Shown here piece by piece: positions 38,200 through 50,699 of a stretch of DNA of 64,000 nucleotides. The position numbers and the translations under genes are program-made. The first letter of the stretch is position 1. Each line of letters starts with the position of its first letter. The stretch lies in assembly GCA_036172245.1 (NCBI GenBank), contig JAYWIR010000009.1, positions 2,728,001 through 2,792,000 on the forward strand, given 5' to 3'. Origin of the DNA: Raillietiella orientalis (Eukaryota). The notes under the pieces are model-generated. The model did not search any database, was not told the DNA's origin, and saw only the letters and a program-made list of their open reading frames with translations.

Positions 38200-39303
38200 T
38201 GACACCCCTGCCTGATGTGATAACGCAAGCGTGCTGCCTCGGAGGAAGGGATGCCCTTCCGCCGGAAAACCAGCTACCCCCTTATAAGGAAAATGCGTGC
38301 GGCTGCTGAAAGATGAGTGCCGGCCGATAGGTGCAGGTGAACTTACCTTCTGGTTTCCCGAGCACTCCCGAGTCTCCACGTTCCATCGAGATGTCATCTT
38401 TCATCCCGGTGACACGAGGTGGCGCCTGAAGAACGCATCCTCACTGCCCAGTGCTTTCCACAGTGGCGAAACCAAAACCGCGTTTCAGAATGATTCGCTA
38501 CTGCTGATAATCGCAGATACAAGAAACAGGAGATGCAAACCACCTGAAGGATGGATGGACGCTTCGCATCCCTGGATGCCACGAGCATCTGTGGAATCTG
38601 TTGCATCCCGCGACTACCTGGGATTTGGAATCGGGCTCTATGAATGACAAGCACATTGAACAGTGAATGGCGTCAGCTCGCACGAAGCTGACGATGCGAG
38701 GTTTTTGCTGTGCCTTCACACCTTGAGGCGATCTTCTCTTGTGATTGAGAAGAGTCTCGGGAGAGCTTCAAGTGTGCTCTTCTGCCAGGCCCGGAGGTCG
38801 AACGACACCCGTACATCTCCGTCTTTTAAACCTGCTGGGTGGAGCGGCGAATTTCGCAATAAACAGGGGCTAGAAACCCTTTGTATTACTGGGTCTTGCT
38901 GGCCGGCAGCCGACCAGCTCTCGCAAGAGCGTCAGAGGAGCTCCAGACCAAATTCGCGTCCAGTTCATGTGGTAAGGAGCTGCGCTTCCAGCCGAGCAGC
39001 GTCCGAAAGAGCACTGGGACAGAAGTCCGGAAGGATGGAAGTAACTGTACCTACAGCATACGAGGTCAGAGATATCCTGTAGGCGTGCACGTATGGTGAA
39101 ACGGCAGAATGACATTGCAGTCGGGCGTAGAACAGACGAGACCTCGGTTTGAAACCTGTTGAAGAAACCTTTTCGACAAATCCTCGAACGATTAGCGCCG
39201 GATGCCAATTCACTCCGAATGCACCGTCAGAAAGCACATAACAGGAACGGCACGTTAACAAAACCACCATCAGTAACAAAACAGCTCTCGGTAACAATGG
39301 CAA
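38200..39303 (-). pseudogene. Decayed glycoside hydrolase family 17 (beta-1,3-glucanase)-like gene
   Basis: Signal-peptide-like N-terminus, then GAFGVNW..HP..GFKPRSRLFYA (cf. GVNWG...HPL...GFxKVKLFDA), HPSGLLS, AGLKDGDVRVS, IVSFV and SET (cf. SETGWP). The downstream boundary is uncertain. Confidence 0.5.
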
Positions 39304-39469
39304 CGCAATGGAAACGACGCCTGCAGCCTACCATTTTCTCTGTACCGGAGAGTGCGTGAAAAGTGCCGACTGCAGATTTGTGTCACAGGGCCATACGGAA
39401 CCTCCTGCCTGCGCCTGCAGCACCTACCAGAAACGGAACCGAACAGATGGGTGGAAGATGAGGAGTAAG

Positions 39470-42420
39470 GAAAAGAATCCCTAGGGCATTACAGGGGGGC
39501 TCTCCATATTGTTCCGGGTCTCCTCAACTGTCTTTATGGGGCGCTTGTTGCCCCTCATTCTTTTGCGTTTTCAGCATCTTATCCTCCGATGCGGACTTCT
39601 CGCGAGAGCAGCTCGTTGGGTTTTTCCGGCTGCGAATTCGCTTCAGTCTCTTTTGGTATTCTTCCTGTGATGTGGGTCACGAAGACGTCCCTAGTGTATC
39701 GGACACGCGAGGTCACCATACGGTACCTCATCTTCTCCGTGCGCTTCCTAGCAACTCCGAGATCGTGCAGCATCTCTTCCTTTTCCAGATCCCCCAGGCT
39801 CCTGGTGAACCGACTATGAAAGCATGCACTTTGCAGTGCTCTCCTCCCTTGTTTAGCTGGAGGGCCACTTTGTACTTCTCTATCTAGCTTTTCGTGGCTG
39901 AGCTGAACGCTTCTCTTCCACCCTCAAACGAGCAATAGACGTCCAGTACTACTGTGCGCTTAGACTTCTGTAATATCAAATCGGTTCGCAAGGGGAAGTC
40001 TATCCCTGAAGCCCTCTGGTTGTTTGACACCAGAGATACACTTCACTACAACCACCTCTATCTTCTTAATTATTTCTGACTTCGAGGCGATGTTGGTCAC
40101 GATGGAGATCCCTCCAGAACTCTATCATTGCACTGCGATTGGGCTGACCTCTGCGATAACCCAAATGTGGGCTACTCGGGAGCATAGTTCTTAAAGCAAA
40201 AGAACCTCTACGTCTCACTGTCAACCACTGCATCTGCCATCAAGGCATGAAGACCCCTTGGTAGTCGTAAAAAATAGTGGTCGTGTATGACCATGACATC
40301 AGCCAGCCCTTTCCAGGCAGAAACCGGACTTGGTTCTCCAGGAAGAAGACATAGTGGCCATGAGATCACTCCACCACAGCATTCAAAGAATCAAGTTAGA
40401 ATAAGGAGAGCAAATATCAGTGGATTCGTTCTCTACCTTTCCTCAAAGGTCGTCCTGGAAGCCGTAAGCTCACGCTTCTCCTCAAATCCCTGGCATCATG
40501 GGGTCTCGACAACGCCGAGGTACTCAGGAAGCTGTCGGTTCCGAAGAAGGAAGCCGAGTGCTCATGGAGATGATCTGAATAACCATCCAACACTCAGGGG
40601 GCATTTACAGGAAGCACTGGATAGATCACTAGCCGGACTTAATTCATCTCATCAGCCTACGACTCCATCAGAAGAGTGAAAGGTCAGCTATAGACGATGA
40701 CTATATTGCAGGGGTCCTGAAAATCACCCATTGTTGGTCCTTGAAAATCACCCATCGGCTGTGCATGAAGACCGCATCAAAGCAACCGCGCACAACTCCT
40801 CCAGTCGGGCAACACGGAGTCGATGATGAGAAGGGTGAGGTGCTGCGCAGTCTAAACTCGTTGCCTTCTTCGCTCTCCTCACGGAGCAACTCCGCCTGAG
40901 GTCTCGCGCAAGAAGAAAACAAGATGTCTCGATTCTTTCGCTCTCGGACACCTTCAAGAGGATGCCTTGGTTTGCAGAAGCGTTCTCCGCAGGAGAGTCA
41001 GCATTGGTTTCTCAGCCCTATCGACCCTACACTGGGTGAGCAGCGCAAAAAAACGTACGTTCATCAAAGCTAGGAGTGAGAGCCCAATGGGCTCAAAATG
41101 GAACTCCCAAGCAGAACCCTGGGCAGGATTCGGAGAACATGACAACCTGGATATGCAGTTCGGTTCCCTCCTGACGATGAAGGAGACCTTGTTTTTCTTT
41201 CTCTGGACCTTTGATGCAGCGCTCAAGGTTGCGTATCCTTTGCTGGCTAACAGCCGATCAGCAAGGAATGCGCAGCTCACGGTAGCCATCCGATTCGCGT
41301 CGTCATGTGGTCATGAGCTACTCCATTCGACTGGATTCGCAAGGGTTCCCACTTAAGCAGATTGGAGGAGCACGTCAAAACAAATTAAGACAAGAGGAAT
41401 GGTCAGCGGATGAAGCATCTCTCTGGATGCTCCTTTGCTTTGGAAAGCATCCCGTTGCTGCGTTTCTGTCTCGTATCCTTACTGAGAAAACTCAGACTGC
41501 TGGCTTCTCAGTCCGTTTGAAATCGCATTCAAAGATTCGAGTGATCTGAAGACATAGCAAGAAGCATCAGCGCGACGCAAGAGATGAAGCTGAAATTTCC
41601 GTGTTGCCATCCCCCCGTCGAGCAAACGACTTCCTTCGAGCAGCTCGGTGGAAGTGGAAACCTGGTGAAAGCATGGCCGGTGACTATGGAAACGCTCGCT
41701 GGTGGGGTTCCGAAAACTGGGAACCTCGGACCGAATTTCCTTCGGGGAACAGCAAATGCAGTGGTGCCAAGATCGATGGAGAAACGGGAACAGCTCATTC
41801 AAGACCTCGTGGAGGACTTTCTCTTGGAGATCCCTTTTAAAGCAGTTAAAGTATTGCTTCTGGGAAGGAGTGAAGTTTTCATGATCGATTAGTAGCCGTG
41901 AGCGATGCGATGTCAGCAAAAGCAAAGGAAAAGCTTCCGAAAGATTCATAGCAGGCAACAATCTGTATCGCAGGCTATAAATCTGACTTTCCCGGAAGCA
42001 AACGATATAGCACAACGCCCCTGCACTAAAAATGGATGCAAAGCAGAGCTGCCATCGGAAAGCTCTCTGCCAATGCACCGAAAACGCGCTGCTGAAAATC
42101 CGACGACGGCGGCGGCATGGGACTTTGGATCGGTCGCGCCTTCTCGGGTGGCAAACTGAAGGTGGTGCTTGCTTGCGCCTCCGAGGGGTGTGGCTCTCGT
42201 TCGCCCCCATCCCAATTGCAGGTCACGCATCCGTTGAAAACGCTGGTGGACCCTCTCGCGCGTAACGAGGTCGTATTCCGCTTGTCCGGATAGCGCCGTG
42301 GCCAGCAGTCCCTGACGACGGGACTCCGTTCCAAGAAGCGACTTTTAGGGACATCCCTGAAATTGACTCTGCACCATCACTGTGGACTGGGGATCGGTCC
42401 ATTGGTATCGACGAGCACTT
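39470..42420 (+). pseudogene. Decayed LRR ectodomain(s)
   Basis: MEIPPELYHCTA (40102), SIPEALW, LHYNHL, DLNNHPTLRGHLQEAL, GFSALSTLHWVS, LAGGVPKT, NLGPNFLRGT, VPRSMEKREQL and AVPDDG.PF. Confidence 0.65.
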
Positions 42421-42793
42421 TGTGCGATTCGGAATCCCGGTTTCCATAATGGGCCCCCCATGGCACCAGCCGTCTCTTAATGATTCTTGACCTGGGTCAA
42501 CAGCCCATGTTGCTTTCGCTCAGTCACCGCGTGGTTGTTCGACCTCAGGGGCAGCTTCAACTCGTTCCTTCCAGCCCACACCTGTGATCAGCCACAATCG
42601 CTTTCGGATCTCATCCGAGCCTGGTGCTTTAAACTGGTGAGCCAATAAGGCGCAACCTTATTGGCTGCATCACTAAGAAAATGCTCTGTTCGTTACAGGC
42701 GTTTCCATCTATCTATTTATTTTTAAGAAAAGTAAAGAAAAAATAAAAGGAACGAAATACTAAATGTGGTCTTCGAACTTAGAAAGCAGCTGA

Positions 42794-43015
42794 TTGCCTG
42801 CTGGGAAACTCCGTGATCATGCAGTCTCGTCACGTGGGAAGAGTTCGCGAGTCTGGCCTCGCTCTTCCGGGAGATGCGTCATCAACCAGGCGCCCGAGTG
42901 CATCACGGGTTCTCTTTTAGCTGCTTGCGCCGTAAGAGGAAGCATCTCTTTGGAAAAACCACTCTCAGCTTCTTCGGTTCTGTCTTTCGTAAAAGGGGGA
43001 CCCGTAGCAGTCTGA
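42794..43015 (+). pseudogene. PPR (PLS-class)-like remnant
   Basis: ASLFREM and PECITGSLLAACAVRGSISLEKPL (cf. PDxxTFxSLLxACAxxGxLExGK). Confidence 0.4.
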
Positions 43016-43029
43016 CGCTGCAGGAGACC

Positions 43030-44000
43030 CATCGTGACCTGATGCTGAGGAGTGACATCTGTTCACCGGTCCTTCGTCACAAGGATGGATCACATGCTTT
43101 GATGAAACGATGTCAAATCTAGAACATGGAGCATCCCAAATATGGTTGATGGTTGTGGGATGCCGTCAGATGAAGAAGGTTACTGACAAGGAGGTAGTCG
43201 AGCGGATCAGTCTTCTTGAGGTCAACCAATCCCAAAGGAGAGATAAAAACAAAAACTCTGCACAGCATCTGCAAGATTCTAGTGCAGGAGACTCTGCTCC
43301 GCTGCATATTCTACACACGATGTTCCGGGGTTCACGACCGTCTGTTCAAAATCTGTTGGCTGCATTAATGTGAAAACAAGGAGGATGCAAACAGATGAAG
43401 AGGCACTTTGTGTGATTACAGAGTTTCCCTTTTCCCATTCGCTTTCTTTCCTCTGCCAGGTTTTGGGGAGTTTCTCCGTTCCTTCAGCACTTCACCATCT
43501 CTCGCATCCCAAACTCTTACTCGAGCAGAAGCTCACCTGGAGGCAAAAGGGAGAGTCAACCATCGATACTTGCAGTCCTCTTCTTTTGCCTTGCAGAACC
43601 CATTGATGTATACACTGGTGCCTCGACACTCGCCGGTAATTCGTCGTGCCGGAACTCGTGATGAGTGCCGAAACCGACGAATAGCGAGGTAGCACTTCTA
43701 AGGTCAAGAGACGGACAGTATGGGTCACCTTCCGTCGATTCCGCCGGCACGTGCCGAAGAGATCGCCGCTACGGAAAGGACCGTCGAATCAGAAGAGACC
43801 TTTCTTGAGAAAGAAATCGTTGCTTTCGCCCTGGAGCGTGTGGGCGAACGAAGCACTCGCCCATGGCAGCTTCGCTTGCCGGAAAGGACGATATCAAACT
43901 CAATACTCACATAGCACAACACCAAGCCACATCTTGACCTCACATCACGTCGCCGGTGCAACAGAAGCGCGGAGGGAATGGAATTCCTCCTACTCGCCAA
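43030..44000 (-). mobile_element. LINE ORF1-like fragment
   Basis: 43160-43232 is homologous to 45112-45180 (PLGLVDLKKTDPLDYLLVS vs LDFIDCKTTDSYDYLLAS), followed by an HPC knuckle remnant. An S/T-rich repeat-like stretch lies at 43750-43825. Confidence 0.4.
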
Positions 44001-44773
44001 TGGTTCAACAAGACCTCGGTTACTTTTAGAGCAAAGTTAGGAGCCTTGGGCCCATGCCCAGGCAGATCGAGACCGCATTCGCTTCCTCGTCACCTATGGT
44101 GCTCTCTGCTCTTGTTCCACGACGACTTGCAGATTAACTCTATTCCCCTCACATGCATCCTCGTAACGATGCTCTGTGATCTGGTTGTGGCTTCACATCT
44201 CCTCCCAGAAGAGTCTGCCTACCTTCTCTTAGTGATTCTTGACCTGGATCAACAGCCCATCTTGCTTTCGTTCAGTCACCGCCTGGTTGTTTGCCCATGA
44301 CATCAACGATGTGACTTTGCGATTCTTCCCATCTTCGAGACCCTTCTGTGCAGGGGATCAGAGCCATCGCCCAGGGGCAATACCTCGTAGGCAGAAGGTC
44401 GAGTCGCCGCCCTCCAGAGGCAAATCCATGATCTGAGAGCCAAACCGCATATGACCGGAAGCCCGATGCTGCTCAGAGAAGAACAACGGAGAGCATCACC
44501 GTTTTCCTTCTCTGCCTGCTAGTTTCACTCCTTCCGGCAATCGACGCTGTGGCATCACAGGGCACTCTAATGTCGACCGGTGGCCTGACCCGTGCTTTCC
44601 GCAGACCTCCCTTGGAGCAGGGTATGTTGCATACTGCCATTTCCTGCCTCATGTGCTCCGTCCATCGCTTGAGGGTCTTCGTTCATCTTGGGATCCTGTC
44701 GTTCTCCAGGCCCCCTGGCCTTAGGGATGCTGCGAGGACAAAGCCGACAGGTGCTGGAGCACACTTCAACTGG

Positions 44774-44926
44774 CCTTGCCGGCACTCAAGTCGGTAAACA
44801 CGTGCAAAACAATACGGAAATGTGTTCCGACAGGAACACAAAAACAATGATGATCAATCGACTGCAATTAATAATTGTAATTTTGATTTTTTAAAATAAT
44901 AAAAGCCCCGGCTTACCCGGGTGAAA
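44774..44926 (+). mobile_element. 153-bp LINE 3'-end insertion
   Basis: Terminal motif aataaaagccccggcttacccgggtgaaa. Perfect 13-bp TSD acacttcaactgg at 44761-44773 / 44927-44939. Confidence 0.8.
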
Positions 44927-44962
44927 ACACTTCAACTGGTCAAGTGAAGAAAGCTGATCCTC

Positions 44963-47870
44963 TTACTTTCTCTGCTTCCTCCGTCTTCCGCCCCACCTCT
45001 GACCATGAAGAAGATTTGCAAGGGTGGCAGAGGTGTCCCATCCTTGCTTTGCCGTCACTCTAGACAGCCTGGGATGGGAAAGGCATGAGTCCCCCCAAAG
45101 GCCTCCTTGTGACGTCAGATGAAGTTTGCTGGCAAGAAGGTAGTCGTACGAATCAGTAGTCTTGCAGTCGATGAAGTCCAGAGCAGCCAAGGGCGCCAGG
45201 AAGGCTTGCGAGCTGAGACCAAGGCGCTTGCCCGCCAAGAGGGCGCGCTGACCACTTCCGAGAATCCGCAGCTAGAAAACCCAGAGGGGAGCTCACTTTG
45301 TTTCGTCCAACGGCCAGACCAGACAAGCCGAGAGATGCAGGGGCAGATGACGGCGACCGCAATGCACTCTGCCGCCAGGCCAGATGAGGCTTTCCGGGTC
45401 TGCCTGGAGGAACAAATCCAAGGTGTGCCGTCGGGACGACACCCGAGAGCCCCTGGACTTCAGGCCACTAGCGAGATGCGACGGGTTGCGAAGGCGCACG
45501 GGAGTTGTTCTGGGGAGAGGGAGTCCCGACAGCTAGGTTGGGATGGAGTCAGCCCGACACCGACTCAGGGCACATCCCCGAAGCAGCGACTCTCCGACGT
45601 GCAGCGAAGGGCATCGCGGCGGAGGAGCCGCGAAGGGTGCGCGTCTTCTTCTCCCGGCCCAGGACTCGCACGGGACGGGGTGAAGGCCAGTGGGAGGCTG
45701 GAAACCGCCGGTCGCGCGGCGAGCGCGGCAAAACGTGAGGAGCGCTCCTCGTGCCCGCTCTCAGGCGAGGCGGGTCGCGGCTGCGCAATGACGGGACGAA
45801 TCTGCCTTCCCTCCTCCAGAGGCGCTCTTGCCTGCACGTACAGAGGGCAGTAGGGAGGACGAGGGCGCATATGCTGCAGACACTGCACCCTTGGCCCTGC
45901 CGCCCGGCAGCTTCCCGTGCTTCGAGGGGAAGGGCTGGCTTGTGTGCCAGCAGCCAAGAACTTCGGGCCGTTCCTTCCAGGAGGCAGAAGGAAGAGAGGA
46001 CCCTTCCCCCTTAGAGTCCTCCTCGCACAGATCCTTAGGGCACCATGGCAACGACGGGTCGTGGACAAGCGGCTGGAGAAGGCGGGGGTGGGGGGCGGGC
46101 AGTGGAAAGCCACCCGTTGGAGACTTCCTCTCGCATGCCCACCGTGCCCTGGGCTTCCGCATGCGCCGAGACAGAGCTGCGAAAATTCGGGATTCCGCCC
46201 CTGCGCGCTTCCTGCTTCCCATCCCACCTTCTACTTTATTTTTCCCGCTCCTCGCTCTAGCCCGCTGAGTAGAGCGGCGTTGGTCGCCTGGCAACGGATG
46301 GAGAAGGGACGCGGGCGGACCAGTCTGATGGTCTACGCCGTCGTCTCCCTCGATCAGGAGGAAACCGAGAGTCCGTTCGTCCTCTTCGGTCTTCTCCCCA
46401 CCACACCCTCCGGCCCGAAAATGTGCGTGCCGCGTGGTCCTCAGGAAAACTTCGAAGGGCGGCCGAGTCTCGGAGTAGCTGCCGGTAGGTCGTCAATGCA
46501 CCCTCTGCAGCAACCCGCAGCACGGGAGGGTGAGGCAAGCGATGCAGAAGCCACGCAGGAGCAGGACTCTTCCCCGGAGTCTGCCTGCTGGACCCGCAAG
46601 TTACCCCCTGGGTCGATGTTAGGGGGCGCGTTTGCCCCCCTCCCCCAGCAATCCTTCTTCAGGAGAGAAAAAAGTCCGTCTGGGGGAAGGGATCCTCTCC
46701 ACAGGACGAGAGGGGTCTCGGAATCCCGCGGGGCGTGCGCGGCACTCTGGCGGAGCAGCAGCTCCCAGCCTATCCCTCCGGGCGTCGACCTTGAGTCTCC
46801 GACCGGTCGAGCCTTCGCGAAGGCGGCAGCATCTGCACGGGTGGACACGCACTTAGGACGGGCAGGGGGCGAACCACCTGGACCGGGGAAGGAGAACGTG
46901 CTCTCCCGCCCCGCCCCTGCGGCGCGAAGGGGAGCGATGCTCGCTTGGCCTCGGGGGAAGCTCCCTGTGCCCTCAGGTATCCCCCGTCCGCGACCGAACG
47001 CGGCCACCGCAGCGTTTCGCGGCGACGCCCTCCTCTGCGAGAGACCCGCGGCGCGTGCGCAAGATCGCGCGGCACAGCCCGGCCCCGACGAGCCCAAGCG
47101 CGAAAAGCAAAGCAAACATCCGGCGAAGTCTCGGCCGCACACGCTCGGTAAACGCCGGAGGCGGCAGGTAGCAGTCTCAGTGGAGCCGACGCGACGGGAG
47201 GAAGAACGCCTGAGCACGGGGCTCATGCGCAACGAGCGGCCGGGAGAGGCAAGGACAGGCGCCGCCTCTTCCCTTGCAAGGACCTTCTCTTGCAAGGGAA
47301 GAGGTCCTCCCTGAGGAATAAGCTGCCTTTTCTGAGGAGGAAGTCCTTGCTGAGGTCTCTATGAAGAGAACCTTCTATGGAAGAAGTGGTCCTTGCTGAG
47401 GAAGAGACTGCTTTTGTTGAGGAAGAAGAAATCCTTGCAGAAGAAGAAGCGGCCTTGGCTGGAGAGGTCCTTGCTAAGGAAAAAGTCGCATCTTCGAAAG
47501 AGGCTGTATCTGTGGAAGAGGTCCCTTCTTCGGAAGGCTTCTTTGCTGAGGAAGGTATGCTTGTTCCGAAAGAAGCCGTCCTTTCTAAAAGAGTTCTTGA
47601 TGTTAAAGACGTCCTTGCTGCGAAGCAACACGCTGCTGAGGAGGATGTCATTGCTGTGGAAAAACTCGTTGCTGCAGGAGAAGACGTGTAGCGAGGACGG
47701 CGCACGGCTCGAAGAAAAAACGAGATGCTGTGGAGGAGACGAGCTGAGCGGTGCTCCGTGAACTCGGGGGACCAGTGGACGCGCGCTATTGCATGCGGCT
47801 GCCTCCGGAGCCTCCAGAGCCGATTGGTGCGACGATTTCGGCTGCACGGAAGAGGCGCGAGGACCATTCG
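44963..47870 (-). mobile_element. GC-rich LINE 5'/ORF1-like region (decayed)
   Basis: EGALTTYRQLLRDSAALRSF (~46480), FLAPLAALDFIDCKT..DY (~45170) and LCHPCK (CCHC remnant, ~45020). Shares segments with 27750-29000, 43030-44000 and 63530-63710. Confidence 0.4.
47262..47691. repeat. Degenerate in-frame 15/18-bp tandem repeat (unit ~gaRgaRgtccttgctgag)
   Basis: Recurring gtccttgctgag/gaggaag units read EEVLAE-like on + and SSSART-like on -. Confidence 0.75.
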
Positions 47871-47950
47871 AAAAGAAAAGGCGCGGGCTTACGGCTGCAG
47901 GCGTCCTCGAACTGCAGAACCCCTTTTGTTTGGGGGACCAAGGAAGAGGG

Positions 47951-48965
47951 TTTTACACCCAGGTGCGCTGGGGCGTTTATTACAAAAATAATAAGCAAAC
48001 TTTTAATCTAAGAACATACATGTGTAGGGTCATCGGCCCTAGAACGTCCAAAAATGCTCGGAACCTGCCGAGTTACCGGCACTCAGGCCGGCGGGGATCG
48101 CCTCGGCAACAGAAGGGGAGGGAGCAAAAAAAAGAAAAATAAATAAGAAAAACTCTGGGAGACACGGGACGGGACCTCTGTCCGCTGGAGGGCGCCCTCT
48201 GCATCCTTCCCAGGATGCCGTCCTCCTCTCGTGTGGCTCCAGGCCGCCACATTCCCACGTAGGCAGCAAAGTGCTGCTAGGGATGCTGCAGGCGAAAGGC
48301 ATTGCTCACGAAGAGGCGTCCCTGGGATTGTCCGTCGCTGCACCATGGGCCGTTGCATAACTCAACCAGAGGGGCCGGAGGGCAACACAGACAACGAGCA
48401 GGTGCGAAAGGGATTGTCGTTCCCCGCACCTCAAGCAGTTTGGATCCAAGGCCCACCGGGTCTATTGAGAGAAGCGAGCGCTGCACGGGAGACCCCAGTG
48501 CAACAGCAGAAGTGGCGACTCCTGCCACTTCAGGGGAAGACCCCAGTGCAATAGTCCTTTAGGTGTGACAATTGGGGTTTCAGTGTCCGTGAGCCGGCCC
48601 ATGGTCCAACTACCCAGCTTTCTCGTCTTCTGACTGATTTAGCAACTGAACTCCCATTTGACCGGCTGTTACTGCCTAAGTGCTCCCTGAAGGAGGGCAG
48701 CGCCGCGGCCAGGAAGGTTTGTTGCGCCCACGCACACGTGGTGACTGCACGATGACGTCCTGCAGCGGGTGGTTGTTGTAGAAGGAGTGAAGCAGCCGCT
48801 GCATCTCCGGGCTCTCTTCGTTCTTCGTGGCCCACGTGCGAAGGGTTTCCTGCAGCCAGGCACTACCGTACGCGCGCCGGCAGAAGATCCAGTAGTTGGT
48901 CCTGGTCAGTTTGGCCACCCGCTGGAGCTCTAGTCCGTACACGTTGCGTTGGCGCGAAGGAAAGA
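47951..48965 (-). mobile_element. 5'-truncated LINE copy
   Basis: YGSAWLQETLRTWA, FLAAALPSFREHLG, CLRCGERQSLSHLL and AASLAALCCLRGNVAAW, with 3' UTR stems and terminal motif aataaacgccccagcgcacctgggtgtaaaa. Confidence 0.8.
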
Positions 48966-50699
48966 GGTGGGGAGCCGCGCGTGCGCATCGCTGACGGCTA
49001 CCGCGTTCGCACGGAGTGGGCCGGGAAAAGAAAACGCTTCTTCCGCATCATCGCGACACCTTGTAATTTTGCTGCGCAGAGCCAGGATGCGGGTAGCTGG
49101 ACCGCTCGTTGTCACCGCTCACCAGGCAGCGATTCTCATTCCCGCGGGTGCCGCTGAGCTGCCGAGGCCGAAAGGGGAGGAAGGAGGAAGACCCCGCGAG
49201 ACCAAATTACAAGGGAAGTCGGTCGGAAGCCTTGAAGAGAGACCTCTAGGAAGGCGGATGAAGGCGGCGTCAATGTCCAGAGGGAAGGAAGGAAGAAGGG
49301 GACAAGGAGTCACTCGGAGCTCTCTCCCTGCGGGCCGGAGCAAGCTGTCCGCTTTCTCCGGCGGGAGACCCCCCGTCGAGCTGCGCTGCCGCGCTGCCTC
49401 TCCGGGTTGCGTGACACGGTGAAACCGTTCCTCATTCCTCCCTCTCGGCAGGTTCCCTGCGCGTCCGAGTCGAAGGTCCTCCAGCCGGGGAACCCTCCCT
49501 TCCCTTGAGCACCGGAAGGCACGGCCGTCCTTCCCAGTCTGGGAGCAGCCGGAAGTGGCGACGCGCCGATCGGACCCGGAACGGATCGCCTGGCGAGGTT
49601 GAGGACGCTTCTGGGCAGTCGCCGGCCTCCCCCTGATCCATTCCTGGGCAAAGGAGGGGGAGGAGGAAGGGGGGAAAAAAAAGAAAGGAAAGCGCTCGCT
49701 CCCGTTGCAATTTGTTTACGCTGTTACCTTTGGACGTTCCCAGCCCGCACCCTTGGCAACCGCCTCTCCGTGGTATTTCCAGGGGAGTTAATAGGCCATC
49801 ATTTGGGAGCGGTGCGTCCCGGAAGCGCGCTGTTTGTCAAACTTGTCGTTGATGGGAGCGCAGGAGAGCTGCCTCCCTTCCCGGAGGAGGGGGATGCCCG
49901 CCGCCCTTGGCGCCGGGAGGAAGAGGGGAAGGAAGGGGCAACTCGCTCTCAGCCCCGCACCCACCCGAAGCCCAGCGCGCCCTGGCGGGTGTCGGCAGCC
50001 CCTGCTGTCGTGGGAGCGACGCCTCTCCCGGCGGACAGCGCGCTCCCTCCTAATGCACAGTGCGGGAACAAAACACCCGCTCCAGAGAAGTTTCCTCCTC
50101 CTGCACTCTTCCCCGTTCGATGACTCGGGAAGCGTGTGGTGGGAAGATCGCGGGACCTCCAAGCAGCCTCTTCCCTCTCGCTGCCCACATCCCGCGCTCT
50201 CCTGCCCTTCGCTCCAGTCTTTCGTCCCGGGAAGGGAGGGGCGGTGCGAAGGAGAGCCCTCGCGAGCCACTACCCCAAATCGTCTAAAACGATCCGGTAA
50301 TTCTGGGATGCATTCGTCAAGGATGTCGCCTTCGCGGCAAGCGTGACCCTGCCTCCCGCGCGCTTCCGACGGTTCGAAGCGGCGGCCGGATCCCACTGGG
50401 GGTGCCGCCCCTGCGCCTGCGCCACAAGCAGACCCTTTCCCAGGTGTTTCGCTGTCGCTCCTGCGAGAGTGACCTGGATGCACGGGAGCTGACCTTCCTC
50501 GGAAGAAGGCAGAGCCACGAGCGAGCAGGCGACCGAGGAGGGATGCGCCGTGACATCGCCCTCGATCCGCTGCTGACATCACGCCCCGAGTCGAGAGAGC
50601 AGGCGCGAGTGCGCGGGTGCCCAGAAGAGGAAAGAATAAGACCTTGAAGGGAGTGGCTTCACAGCCACGGTGGGTGCCATCCAGACGAATCCCCTGGGA

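Larger units (their letters stand above)
42474..44291. repeat. Pair of ~66-bp direct repeats (42474-42539 and 44226-44291)
   Basis: ctcttaRtgattcttgacctggRtcaacagcccatSttgctttcgYtcagtcaccgcStggttgtt occurs twice with 5 mismatches by eye. Confidence 0.85.

Noticed and set aside
38090..38700. Plus-strand kinase remnant (FHRDV)
   Set aside because: It is a single short motif overlapping the better supported minus-strand GH17-like reading.
43110..43300. PPR E-motif on + or APE endonuclease LDYLLVS on -
   Set aside because: The segment is homologous to 45112-45180 and is followed by a zinc-knuckle remnant, which fits ORF1 better. Still uncertain.
45917..47314. 465-aa plus-strand ORF as a gene
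   Set aside because: GC-rich and R/P/A/G-biased with no recognisable domain and long ORFs on both strands. Homology to other repeats is on the minus strand.
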